The position numbers and the translations under genes are program-made. A stretch of DNA of 58,507 bases, the filler included, from Sphacelaria rigidula (taxonomy: Eukaryota), in the NCBI GenBank assembly GCA_964200075.2. It is 4 parts of 4 records of this genome, joined end to end, with 100 filler letters (N's around TTAATTAATTAA, not from the genome) between each part and the next. Parts side by side here need not be neighbours in the genome. Positions count along the whole stretch, not along the records: positions 1 to 14,555 come from CAXNAA020002184.1; 3 more parts are not named here. One strand, written 5' to 3'. The notes under the pieces were generated by a model, which worked only from the letters and a program-made list of their open reading frames with translations, was not told where the DNA came from and ran no database searches. Shown here in pieces: positions 1 to 12,214 of the stretch (position 1 is the stretch's first letter; the number at the start of each line of letters is the position of its first letter).

Positions 1-208
1 GTGCTTGCCTTTTTGTTATCGCGAGAGGGGTTCAGCAGTCCCTTCCCCTCGTCGACCGTTGAGTCGCAGTTTGTGTACCCACGACATAGTCGCTTTCCAC
101 TGTTGGGCATGGTGTGAGAAAAAATCCCAGATCGCTCCGAGAGTTGAACCCACGACCTGACCGTCAGGAGATTTCGAGGTTCCCAACTGAGTCACCGGGG
201 TGACCGGC
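1..208 (-). mobile_element. tRNA-derived SINE (family S1), 5' part, cut by the contig start
   Basis: The reverse complement starts GGTCACCCCGGTGACTCAGTTGG (A box) ... GGGTTCAACTC (B box). The body matches copies at 6300, 15655, 52395 and 55897. Confidence 0.85.
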
Positions 209-216
209 TTATACCC

Positions 217-542
217 CCGTGTTTAGCTTTAGATGGAATTTACCACCCGCTTTGAGCTGCAATCCCAAGCAACTCGACTCTTCGAAAACGGGCCGTACGC
301 GCGGCGCTGCGGGGGCAAGAACGGGATTGTCACCCCCCTTGATGCTCTCTTGCAAGAGACTTCGCCTCGGATACCGGCTGGCCACGCCTCTACAGGCTAC
401 AGTTCGGGCCCGAGCGCCAGATTTTCAACGTGAGCTCTTCCTGCTTCACTCGCCGTCACTGGGGGAATCCCGGTTAGTTTCATTCTCCCGCTTAATTATA
501 TGTTTCAATCCAGCGGGTCCTCTTGCTTGATCGGAGGTCCGA
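217..542 (-). pseudogene. Degenerate 5' fragment of 28S (LSU) rRNA
   Basis: Recognisable LSU 5' sequence (TTTAGCTTTAGATGGAATTTACCACCCGC on +). Universal sites are mutated: LR0R-like ACCCGCTGGATTGAAAC vs ACCCGCTGAACTTAAGC, and an altered ITS4 site. It ends after about 320 nt at a SINE. Confidence 0.9.
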
Positions 543-844
543 ATGAAACAATAAGTGGGCTTCGGATCCCGTCGGATCGGATCGGCCGTGGAGCACAGCA
601 ACACGAGCCCCGGTGGACCGCGGGAGCGAGTCGTAACAACCGTCGACAACCTTCGCCGTCGGCGCGGGACGCGTGCGCGAGAATAACGCGTTTCTGCTGC
701 GACCCTCCAGACGCTTCGGTGCACTCGGGCCTTGACAGCCCGGAACACGCAGTCCGCCAGTCCCTCTCCGTACCATCCCATTCCATAAAATGAATTGTGG
801 GACCGGAGGGCGCGGGGGTGAGGGGAGAGGCTATTGGAGTTAGG
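543..844 (-). other. ITS2 of the rDNA fragment
   Basis: GC-rich spacer between the 5.8S 3' end and the LSU 5' end. Confidence 0.85.
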
Positions 845-1000
845 AGACACTCCGACAAGTATGCTCCCAGGAATACCCCGGAAGCGTAAGATGCCTTCAA
901 AGTTTTGATCATTCACTGGATTCCGCAAGTCGCGAGACGTAAATTATTTCGCTGCGTTCTTCATCGTTGGGGGAGCCAAGACATCCGTCGCCGAAAGTTG
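845..1000 (-). pseudogene. Degenerate 5.8S rRNA, brown-algal type
   Basis: The reverse complement contains CGATGAAGAACGCAGCGAAAT and ends GAGCATACTTGTCGGAGTGTCT. Conserved motifs are altered: GCGATAC to AATTTAC, GAATCATC to GAATGATC, TTTGAACGCA to TTTGAAGGCA. Confidence 0.9.
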
Positions 1001-1400
1001 TACAGCGTTTCCTGGTACGAAGGGGTTCAGCCTGCCGGGCACGCCGGACAAGCGCCCCGCGTTAGACATTTCCGCAGGTCGCGAGCTGGCGTACACCGCT
1101 GTCGAACCCCGCCGTTCCGGGTGAGAATCACACTTCGGTCTTTGTCTTCCGATAATGGGGATGCGCTTTGGTGCGGGCGCGGCGACACTGTGGTGCCACC
1201 GCCCCTCGGCGAGGCGCGGACTCGCCCGGCTTTGCATCATTGGGACAAAAATAGGGTCAAGTACCTCGGGAGTGCGCCCCACGATAGGGCAGCAACTTTT
1301 GATAGGAGTATGACGGCCACCACAAAAGCTGAACCCAGTACGCTGAACAGGGGAGGAATCCGATTTGACCACGACCGGCTTGCATCGATCTGACCTAGGC
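1001..1400 (-). other. Probable ITS1 remnant (far boundary uncertain; no 18S 3' end seen)
   Basis: GC-rich sequence directly 5' of the 5.8S; no GGATCATTA 18S end found. Confidence 0.5.
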
Positions 1401-1610
1401 GGTGCCCCGCACTAGGTACGTGGACTAACGACGACTGTACGCTCGCCCCGAAAAGAAGAGCTACTCGCGCCTAGACAGAAAGAAGAGAGGAGCGCGTTTA
1501 ATCCATAGGGCTCTATACCATGAACGCCGGCGTCACCGTCCACCTCTGAAGGCAGATCAGCCACGCGAGCCACTCCATGTCTCTACAGAAGGGAGGAACC
1601 TGGTGCGGTC

Positions 1611-1826
1611 CATCCTGCCCGGAAGACTTGGCACATCAACAAAAGCATCCCGTCCGGAGAACCTTGTTCATCAGTAAAAGCGTCCCGCCCAGAAGACTTT
1701 GCATATCAACCGAAGCGTCCCGTTTGGAGGACTGTGGGCATCAATAAAAGCGTCCCGCCAGGAAGACTCTGTACATCGAGAAAAGCATCCCGCCCGGAAG
1801 ACTTTGGGAATCAACGAAAACATCCT
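1611..1826. repeat. Tandem array of six diverged 35-bp units
   Basis: Units start at 1611, 1646, 1681, 1716, 1751 and 1786, consensus CRTCCCGYCCGGAAGACTNTGNNCATCAANAAAAG, with no indels. Confidence 0.95.
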
Positions 1827-2227
1827 CTTTCTGCCGACGGAATGTTTTGTGTCTGTGTGTGGTGTGTAATGGTGTTGTGTTCTTTGTGTTTTTTGTGGCA
1901 TATACTACTCACGATGTGATGCATAGTGCACATGATACATTTTTCCACTCTATGGTGGGATTACCTGTCGACGAGCATATACTTACGGCATACGATCTTA
2001 GCCACACCAGACCACTCCCGTAGCCTCTGGTGTAGTGGGTAGGAGCAGAACAAGCGAAGAATAACCATCACTTCTACATTAGTCACGAGTACGAAACTGC
2101 ATCGTATATACAATGTTGAGTCCGTATTCACTTGTAGCTGAAGCACTCTTCATCGTGATATCCGTCATTAACCTCGCACTACTGCACCAAATCTGATCTG
2201 TGTTAAGCAGAAGTGGCGACCGTATAA

Positions 2228-5200
2228 TCAGTCCACCCATTCAGGTCGCTTGCTCCCGAAGCCACCCTCGCCGCCTTTCCCACTTCCCCTCTCCCCTGCT
2301 TTGCTAGGTACCCTAACTCGAGCTGGGACGCGACCACCAAGTGCTCGACATTTCTCCCCAATTCTTGAACCTGGCCCTCCTCGTGAGCCGCCGCCGTTGC
2401 CGCCGTCAGCACTGCTGCCACGAAAGACTATTTCGGCACCACCAAAACTTTTATCTTCCATAACGCCCGGTTCAAAACTCGTACCGTCTTTTCCCCCATC
2501 TTGCATTTTCCCCCGCTCGAACGGACCTCTTTCATCATCACCATCCCCGTCGCGCCAGCAGACCCGTTCAAACGCCTCCCACAGCCTACAAACCTCTTCC
2601 TCGCTGCGACGGGCGTGGCTCGTCAAACCCTGAGCGGCGTCTTCCAATTCGTGCTCGAATAACTGCAGTGTTTGAAGCAACGCCGCCGCTCCGGCGCCTG
2701 CAGCCCCGCGCAAGATCGAGGTGGATTCGGGCGAGGACAGCTGTCGGAGAGCACTGAGGATTGCCGTGAGGGATCTCGAGAGCGACGACGTTCGTCGGGT
2801 GTGAGAATCCCAAGCGCTGCGTAGGCCCTGGTGCGCCAGGAGAGGAAAGGCGGGTAGGGGTAGGGGGGGGGCTTCAGCCTACCCTGCAGTTTGTGGATCA
2901 ACAATCTGCGTTTACAATTATGGTCTTGTACGTAACCCGTCCCTTTTTCCACCCGTGGTACAGGGGTTTGCGCATATATCAATCACGGTAGTACCATTCG
3001 TTGTACATACTATGAATTTCGCGCTTCAGCTGTGCTGCACAAAAACTCCGACGAGCGATTCTCACGGCAAAGACTAGCCTATTCGGGTGAGGGAGCGACG
3101 TCTGCGTACCCCAAATCATGCTTACTCCCCTTGCCGATGGGGGACGATGCGAATTTTGAAAGCATCCACCTGTCACAAAGGCGACTGAAACGCCGCTACC
3201 TACGCCCGTTCTTTCCCCCCGAACTATTTATATTTCAGTTTCAACCCCAGAGGTATCGCACCTCCCCCCCTTCTCCCCTCGCTCCCGCCCCGTTACCTGC
3301 CCCAAAGCCAGCACCGCCGAGGCCTGCTCGATCGCCGCAGCTCGCCAAGATCGAACCTCTTCCTTACTCGCCACCGCCGTGGCCTCAAGGGCCGCGCGCT
3401 CCGTCGACAGTCGCCACCCTAACGCTGCTAGGCGGCGGGCGCTGTCCCCGCCTGTCGCGGGTTTAATGCCTTGTAGCAGACGCATGCACGGACCGTTAGA
3501 GTAGGCAGATGCGGCTCCTGATGGCCCGGGAGGAAAAAGCAGTTCGTTCACCGTCACACGGAGTATTGTTTTGGCAACGCACCGTCAGAGGGGATGCCGG
3601 ATATAGTGGAGGCAAAACAATGGGGGCATGGATCCAGAGTGGAAGGAGCAGGAGGGGTTGGAAACACACGATGCGCGGTTATACGTGGGGGGTGGGGGTT
3701 GGGGTGGGGGGAACGGGTCGGGCAACGGGCGATTTAGTCGTGTTGCTTGACTTGTCGTCTGGCTTTTGTCTAGTTCGCGCATGCTCGACACTTTGTATTG
3801 CAAAAGATGCCAATGAGTCACCGCAAGGAGGCCCCGCGAAACTGTGCTGCCGGTATATGCTCCTCGAGATAATTCCTTCATAACCAGCAATAGCGTGTCG
3901 CCGACTGCTGCTTTTACTGTTGCTGCTACTGCTCTGTCGAAAATAAATTCCCATGCTTCTTGCCACAAAAATATCGTACTGTAGTCAAAGCAACACTACA
4001 CAGACCTCTTGCAGTCAACCTCGGACAAGTGCACCACACACGGACGCACGCGCAGGCCAGTCTGCACACACCTGTGCCCTCTGTCGAGCACGGCACGACG
4101 ACCCCGAGCGCAGTCGCAGCTGTAACCAGCTCCGAAAACCTATCCCGGACATGTGAAATCGCCTCCACGATTGCCCCCCCGCCATTGCCACCGTTTCCGC
4201 CATTATTTTCCGTGGAGCTACCAGAGCGACATGCGCCGAGCAGCAGCGAGGCGACACCCGGCGGGGGCAATGCCACATTTCGGCAGGCGGGACCACCCTT
4301 GCTCTCCTTTCTACCGTCGGGCCCGACCGTTACCAAGAGCGCTTCCAGAGCGCGCATCGCCGCAGACGCTGCGTGCCCGAACCCCTCCAGCGAAGGTGCG
4401 TCGAGGTGGTACAGCTCGTGCATTCCGGGTTGCTGCGAAACAGCCGCCGATGATGAAAAGGGGTAGAAAGAGAGCTCCGCCGCTGCCGCCGCTGCTTCCG
4501 CCGCCGCCGCTTGGGAGGCCTTGCTGACCTTAAATTCTCTCTCACTCACTGCGGACCCTCTTCCCGTGCGAGAAATTGACTCCGGGCATCTTGGAGCAGT
4601 AGTCGGGTCGTGCCCGTCCTCACCTCTTCCCGCGGCAGCCGCTAGCACGCCGTTCCTTTGATTGGAAATATCATTTTGAGACATCCCAAGCGCTCGTGAT
4701 GGCGGGGTTTCGCTAATTACGGAGACGTATCCTTCCACAGGGGTGACGCCCGGTGGTTGTTGGTGAGCCGCCCCGTGCATGGGTGGAGGGCACGTGAAGT
4801 GCTCCGGGTCGAGCGCGCGCACTCGGAGATGTCGCGGTCGGAGTTGTCCACGATTGGCGCTGCTGCTGCTGCCTTGCGGTAGTAGGTAAGGCCCTGTGGT
4901 GTCGTTTCGGGATGGAGTCAAGGGGCCGAGCGAAGGTTTGCCAATAGCTGTGGAAAAGTATGAGTACACTACGAGGGAAAAATAGAAATCAAAGCAAAAC
5001 GATTTACGTTGTTGTGGAATGCTTTGTTCTACTCGAAGGTCATTACATGAGTTGCAGGCGGGCCAGTCACGGTATGGCGTCCGTGAAACCCGGAAATGAA
5101 AGTACTCGACCAGCGTTCGCTGGTACAACCCATCGGGGAAAGGCACGACACAAACGACAACATAGACATGCTAGACCTTGCCGATTAAATGCTCACGGCT

Positions 5201-8200
5201 ACTCACTGCTCTCTTTGACAACGTGAAGTCTACCATCAGCTGCCCTTTGCGCTGCCCTCTCTGCCCATTGCAACTCCCTGCGGAGCACAAAACACGAGGG
5301 CGAGGTGAGTACGGCACGTGCGCGACGGCGCGATCGTACCTCGATTAAGAACAATTCACATAGGGGGCGAGACGGGGTGTGTGAATAGCGAATCGAAAGT
5401 AGTGCAGGGAAAATCAAAACCCCTCTCGCAGATAAAGACACGCGCAAGAAATGTAACTCCATCGCGCCAGCACTACTTAGCACCTCACCCAGATGTTCAT
5501 CTAGAGGAAGCCCATGTCACGCAGCAGCAACGAGAGCGTGGAACCTGCGATGCTCGCCAACACTACTTTCATTTCTCCAGCAGAAGCAACAGCAGCAGCA
5601 ACAGCAGCAACAGCACTACCCCCCCTACCCTCTATCCGCATCTTGAACTCCTGTGCCCACCTTGAAAGTTTTCGTACGCGGCCGAGAACTTCCCGCCAGG
5701 CAGGGAGTGCGGCAGGGCCACCCACACCGCCGCCGACGCCAGACGAAGCCCCGCCTTTCCCTCTCAAGCCGCCAGGGGCAATTCCTGCAGCTCGACTGCC
5801 TTCCGTGGCTCCGGCCAGCTTGCTACTTGCCCCGAAGCTGTTGCCGTCCCCGAAGGTGTCACGGCGGAAAGCTCGTTCGCCGTGTGATTCGTTGCAATGC
5901 CCCAAGGAGCATATTTCCAACAGCGTCGCTTCGAGACGCACCAGCACAGCTTTCACCTGCGTATGTGGCACGCCGACCACCCGTGCAAGAATTCCATTGT
6001 AGGATCAAAAACAGAAAAATTGCTTGTGAAGAGCAGAGGCTACGACTCACAAGGGAAATCATTTTTTCCCCCCATTCATTCCTGTTTTCAACGTATTATT
6101 CCATTCCTCCGATGATTGATCAGGTTTATCGATTGAAGCATGACGGGACCGGGAATTTGCCGCAAAAAAAATGCTTGCCCGAAATTTGGTGGGCGAGAAC
6201 AGGTGTGACTTCCAGGACATTTCTCCGCGAGCTTACCCCTCCCGTGACAGGGGATTTAGACGAATGTGACATGAGAAAGTTTGGTACATGAGATGCATTG
6301 TGTGTGTGTGTGTGTGTGTGTGTGTTGTCATTCATCTATTCTGAACGCCGGTCTACACCTTCCGGTATATGTGGGCGAACCAGCCGGGGTCACACAGGAG
6401 GAAGGTCAACACAGGAGCATTTTATTTTTTATTTGTTTTTAGTAACCCACCTTCCTTCTGCGGTACTTGCCTTTTCTTTTTTTCGCGAGAGGCGTTTAGC
6501 ACTCGCTTCCCCTCGTGGACCGTGAAGTCGACTTTTGTGTACCCGCGACATGGTCGCTCGCCACTGTTGGGCACGGTGTGAGAAAAAATCCCAGATCGCT
6601 CCGAGATTTGAAACCACGACCCAGCCGTCAGAAGATTTCGAGGCTACCAACTGAGCCACCGGGGCGACCAGCTCATACAGTAGTAGCGATAAAACGATGA
6701 CTATACTAGGAGATAGACGGTGGCCACAGGCGGCGAAACAGAAAGGGGATAAGATACGTAAAATAGGTTCTTATGTAATGTATTGAAAACCCATGATGAG
6801 CACCCAAATGTTGGAGGTGTCTCTATTAGGAGTAGGAACGGTGCTCTGTCTCGATAGGGATGCGTGGTCAACGGTCAAATGACCAAGACAAGCAAAAAAT
6901 GAGTACGCTCCCCCACACACGCTCTATTAAGAGTAGGAACGGTGCTCCGTCTCGATAGGGATGCGTGGTCAATGGTCAAATGACTAAGACAAGCAACAAA
7001 TGAGTATGTTCCCCCCCACACGCGCTCCATTTGGAGTAGGAACGGTGCCCCGTCTCGATAGTGATGCGTGGTCAATGGTCAAATGACTAAGACAAGCAAC
7101 AAATGAGTACGCTCCCCCACACACCCTCTCTATTTGGAGTAGGAACAGTGCCCCGTCTCGATAGGAACGCGTGGTCAATGGTCAATAACTAAGGCAAGCG
7201 ACAGCGAGTGCGCCTTCCCCCGCGTGCGCGTGTACGAGCCGGATCCGACGAAAACTCGGCGTGCTCCGTCGCGGCTTTGTAGGGATGCGAGGTCGGTGGT
7301 CTTATGACTACGGTATGCAGAATCACGAGTACCTCCCCCCGGGTGTGTCAAACACTACACCATCGAGAGAGAGAGCAAAGTCCAGAAACACTCCCCTCTG
7401 TCCCTACCGGCTCAAATTTTATTTCTCACCTCCTGAGAAACCGCAGCGCTCGCATCAACCGCGCACCATTGTAGCCTAACCTGTCGCCTGAGTTGCGTCA
7501 CTTGTCCCCGCAAAATCGCGTCGCTTGCCGCCGCCGCCGCCGCCGCTCCCGCGCCGCCCCCGATCGCGTTCGGGGGATGAGCCCCACCCCGCGTGGACCG
7601 GCGGTTATCCGCAGTCGTCTGTGCTGCGGCCACGCTGCGACGAGACGAGGTGCTTGGGATTTCATGGCATTTGGGGGCTGTAGTGGTGGTAGTAGCGGTG
7701 ACTGTAGTGTCGACAAGTTCTTGGAGCTCCTCGAGACGCTGTCGGAGGCGCAAGTTTTCTACGCGTAAAGCCTCATAGTCCGCGTGAGAGGGCGCATCGC
7801 AGCGGTCTTCGCTTCCTCTGTTATTTGTTTTGGAATGTTGGGGGCAAATGAGACACACTTTTTTCATGCAGTAATCGTCAAATCCATGACGATGCATGGA
7901 AAAAGAGACGGCCCGTGGGCTGGCGAAGGGTGTGGGCCAATTGGGAGGGATGGAAACATTGAGTAACTCTTTTTAGCTATATTGGTGAAACCGCATGATA
8001 CATATTCGACTGTTACTGGACTGCACCACCACCTCAAAAACTCGACCAAATCACAGATAGTGGTGGACTAGGGTGAGTCTGTGCAGGAGCGGTGTCGTGT
8101 CTAGTGCAAGAATGTTGGCTCAGTGCGGGACCTCAGCAGGGGGGTCAGAAAGCAAAAAACTACTTGTCACAGCCAATCTCCAGTACCCGCCCTCCACAGT

Positions 8201-10172
8201 CGGTTCAAGGACACACCAATCTGTGGATTATCCTCATGTTTTCGCTCCTTACCCCTTGCGTTGGCCCGACCTCCTCCTTGCCGAAGAAAACACCCCCCCT
8301 TCGAATACTCCGTCTTCCAAGGTTCCCATCTCCAATCCCACCGCAACTCTTCCGCCATCTACACAACCATTTCCATCACCACCGCCACCTTCGGTATCCC
8401 GCGCAACTTCCACGCTTTTTCGGGGTCTGCGACGCGAATACGACCGCCGCTGATCTTCCTCCAGACCCATCCACTGCGCGGGAATAATTCCTTTTCCTGT
8501 ATCACGACTGGTGATTCTGTTTCTTCCACGAGCGCCGCTGGCGCCGTTGCTTCGAAGTCCGACTCCCGAAGCACGTCTGTCTTGATGCTGACGTCCCGCG
8601 CCAGTGGATATCGCGGTCCGGCTACCCGGTGAAGCGGACGGTACCGACTTTACCGTCGTTGGCCCATCAGGAGCTTTTGGCACGTCTTCATAGCCGCAGG
8701 CGCCGATGATGCTGTTGTCCCAAGCTTGGCCATCCGGACCGGCGGAGGGAGTTCCGGCACGAATTTCGGACGCTGTCTTCGTGGCGTGTAGAGCTCGAGG
8801 ATTCGATCTAATGTGAGTTTCGGAAGAAACGCGGGAGTTCTTCTCTACGGCAGCGGCAGGGGAGGGGAAGTTATCGCCGTGCCGGTTGTTGCTTGCACTG
8901 CCACGGACATCACCTAGTGTCATCCTCTCGGCGTCCTGATTGCCCCGAAGATCCCGACCGCCACCATCGTGAGGTTTTGTTGTCTTCGCTTTCCCTTCGT
9001 GCCTCAAGCATGTTTCCTCAGTTACTGTGCTACTGCCGCCCGCCACTTGACTGTCCCGCCCCGCCTTAGTCTGTCTGTTCCCTTCGCTTATCTCCCGACG
9101 AAGTCTTACGTCCGCAAACTCAGCACCGCTACCGACCAGAGAACCGCCGCGGCCCGCAGGTTTTCGGACGAACACGCTATCGTCGTGTATCGTTGTCGTC
9201 GTCGTCGCCGCGATCGTGGTTGCTGGTGGTGCCAAAACGCCCAAATCGCACTCATCCTCAGAGGTACCCAGCATCGCACTTCTGAAATCCTGCCCGCCCG
9301 TAGCACTCGTGGCGGCGGTGGGTTCCTCCGTCCGCGCTGTGGAGGCGCTGCTGCTGTGCTGCTCTCGTCGCTTGTCCGGCGTGTCCTGTGTATCTGTGGT
9401 TGCTGATAGCAACGACACAGAATCTGCGCTCCTACGCTGCCGCCCCGCGCGGCTGGTATCACTCCCGGCTAAACCCGCGCTTCTGGTGACACCTTCTCCA
9501 GCCACTGCCGCTGCTCTTTCATCATCCAAGCCCATTGAGCTCCGCACGGTCGCCGGAGCAAAAGCACCTTGTGCTGCGGCTGCCGAACCAGCGGAAGCAG
9601 ACACACAGGGAGCACTCTGTCGGCGTCGGCGGTGATAGAGGCGGGTATTCACACCGCTAGTTCCTGCGGCAGCCGGGGCTCGTCGGGCGCGGGTGATACT
9701 AGTCGGTTGCAGTTCGGGGGAGTGATCATTACTCCCTTGTCGTTGCTGGTGGCTGCCAACTCGAGCAGCCAGGAAGCCAATCGCCCTGGGTGTTCGAAAC
9801 ATACAACAGAAACATCGCTGGCTTGTGTGTGTGTGCACTAATCTATGCTATTTAGACTTGAATCTCTTGAAAACAAGGAACAACCGCTCCCGACTCCTTC
9901 TCACACCGACCCTACCCCCCTCTCTTTCCCGCACGAAACTCTGTACAAGCACAAACTCTCAGGGACTGCAGTTGTAAACAGTAGACGTTCTCTCACCTGA
10001 GACAAACGTCTCTGTCGGCTTGCAGCTTTGAGGGAGCTTTGAGGGCGGGGGCAGCGCCCATTCCAGTCAGGGCCTGAGCCACCTCACGGAAGAACGCCGC
10101 GCGCAGGTAATCTTCGCTCTCACGTGCCGCCTCGGGCAAGGCACCGCTCGTTTTTCCCACCTGGGTCGACAT
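2228..10172 (-). CDS. Multi-exon gene of unknown function (long low-complexity region, coiled-coil segments)
   Basis: Phase-compatible GT-AG exons 10172-9997, 9785-8253, 7817-7481 (EALRVENLRLRQRLEELQE) and 5956-~5500. Further exons are 5277-5234, 4947-4072, ~3930-3790 and 2878-2228 (ends TGA). The junction near 5500 and any exons at 3100-3600 are unresolved. Confidence 0.65.
6299..6672 (-). mobile_element. tRNA-derived SINE S1, full length, with (CA)n tail
   Basis: Head GGTCGCCCCGGTGGCTCAGTTGG ... GGTTTCAAATC; 3' end GAATAGATGAATGAC followed by (AC)n. Confidence 0.9.
6677..7222 (+). mobile_element. 5'-truncated LINE 3' end with the last ~102 bp repeated four times
   Basis: Homologous to the ORF end of the LINE at 18420-18650 (ILGDRRWPQAAKQ). 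GAGTAGGAAC recurs at 6830, 6931, 7034 and 7137. Confidence 0.85.
7235..7340 (+). mobile_element. 3' end of a related LINE-like subfamily (B)
   Basis: GTGCTCCGTCGCGGCTTTGTAGGGATGCGAGGTC matches the reverse complement of 38190-38290 and ends in a C run. Confidence 0.65.
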
Positions 10173-12214
10173 CGTTATGAACCGATACACCCGCGGCACG
10201 CGCGGAGAGATACAACCATGGTATTCGGCACTCGCCCAAAAAGGTATATAAGCGTCAAATACTCACGGAACGATTGTCTCAAAATACTCGTGGTTAAACG
10301 CTGATGTATATTTTCCATCAAACGTGAAAGTGAACGAGATGGTATTTGCCGGTTATTTACGTTTCACTATTCCTCGCCTTCGAGCGGTAATGTCGGCGCG
10401 GCAGGATTGATGAAAGGATGTACTAGTGCTGTACACATAACGGGGCCGTTGGCATGATGCATCGACGTATCGCTACAGCACGCCTTTACTATCACACTAT
10501 AATAATCGATTTCCCCTCCACTCTAAGGTATCCGCTACGTGTGTATCAAGACGAGAACCACTGGCACAAGAGGTGGCGGAAATGAGACGAAAAACCATGA
10601 AACGAGATGCAGCGGTAGTGCAGTAGTATCGGGTACGTGAACGGCTAGGTCATGACTCGCAGTCATCTCAATAGTGACACCCCAACAGAGCAGTTTAGGC
10701 GGGCAACCTATCCTCCACCTGTCGTGATCTGTTATGCGCCAGCTGTAACTCCGCGCAAGCCATCACAGTTTCTTTGCCCTCGGGCAGCTGTGTGGGACCA
10801 AGCAAACAAAAAAACGCAGGGAAAAAAAACGGCATGCACGTCCAGAGGTATGGCAAAGTTGCGGCGGAAGAGTTTGGTGAATCGAGCCTCGCCTTCTAGA
10901 CCCAAGACAGGTGTGTCAGATTCTCTGTACAGTCTGAAAAAAATGCTCAGAAGTTACCGAACACTTATGGTTCCATCATCTCAGACGAACTATAATTGTT
11001 TTTTTTCTCATAGATTACACTCCAACCCGCAATCTTTTTCTTCGAACTTAGTCCAGAAACCAGCATGCCAAAATAAAAAAATAAAATAAATGATAGATCG
11101 GCGCTCGGCATCGACACCCCAAGTTCAAGAGAGAATTTGTACACCGTGCTCTGCGGTGCCGTCATGATCCAATAGGGTAGGGCCGGCGACGGTCGGCTGA
11201 GTGCAGGTACATACATGGTCACGATGCAATGTCGCGTATACAAGCACTATTTCCTACTCAAAAACGGGGCAACCGCACAGCCGAGATTGTGTCTAGTGGT
11301 AATACAACACTGTGTCCTTCGTATGTTCCAACAATGACCAGATTGTCCCTGTATTGGTCGTTATTGTCAATTCATAGGTAAGTACGCTAGCCTGTTACCT
11401 CTGCAAGCAAGGCCAGAAAAACTCTCTGCTTGGTTTGCCATCTCAGCTCTCCAAAATCCGCAGAAGTCTGCGCGAACAGGGCGGCAACAACGCGGACACA
11501 AACGAGATAACATTGCCCAGGTAACTCAACTGCGGTGTGGCGTCTAGAACCTGCCGGGGTCCCCCACCCGCAACGGGCGTCAGGCAGTCATGGCAGCTGT
11601 AGGCTGTCCTAGGGCAAGGGATTGGGTTAGGGTCATATCGAGGATTACTGCTTCGCCCCAAGAGCACAAACAGCTGAAGATTGAATAACAAGGATGGCAC
11701 CCTTGCTGTAGAAATGGCATCGCGGTTGTCGAATGATGGAGCCACGTTACGGTTACGGCCGTGACTGTCAGCACCATGCGACATTTCTTTCTCACGATTC
11801 AAGTTTTTCTTGGAGAATGACTCATGCTACTCTGGAACTTCATATAACAAAGATTGTGGTATCGACGTGTAGGTAGGAAGAACGGCCGTCCAGCCTTTGC
11901 GGCTTTGGCCAGAGCGTCGTCGCGCTTATTGGGCTTTTCGACCAGCGCCGAGTTATACACATCACAATGACGCAAGTTTTGCAACCATCTGTTTGTAACC
12001 GTGACACAGCCAAGCATTTTATCTCATCTCCGAAATCCCATGAGATGGGTTTGTTCACCTTCAACGAAACACCTGAAGTCACATGACTGACGCGCGCAAA
12101 TTACTGCCCGTGACGAGCGTAAAATAGTGACGGTAACAAACGTCTGTGACTACGGGTTCGCGAGATCGGACTAATGTGCGGAAATAATAATAATAATAAT
12201 AGTAATAACAGAGT

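Noticed and set aside
1069-1079. TTCCGCAGGT as the 18S 3' end
   Set aside because: It is only a 10-nt match, the flanks do not fit 18S, and it is too close to the 5.8S.
219-1393. ORFs of 100-160 aa over the rDNA fragment
   Set aside because: Chance ORFs in GC-rich rRNA and ITS sequence.
1611-1826. CRISPR or TIGR-like guide array
   Set aside because: There are no unique spacers, units are homologous along their whole length, there is no clear box C/D pair or adjacent effector gene, and the context is eukaryotic.
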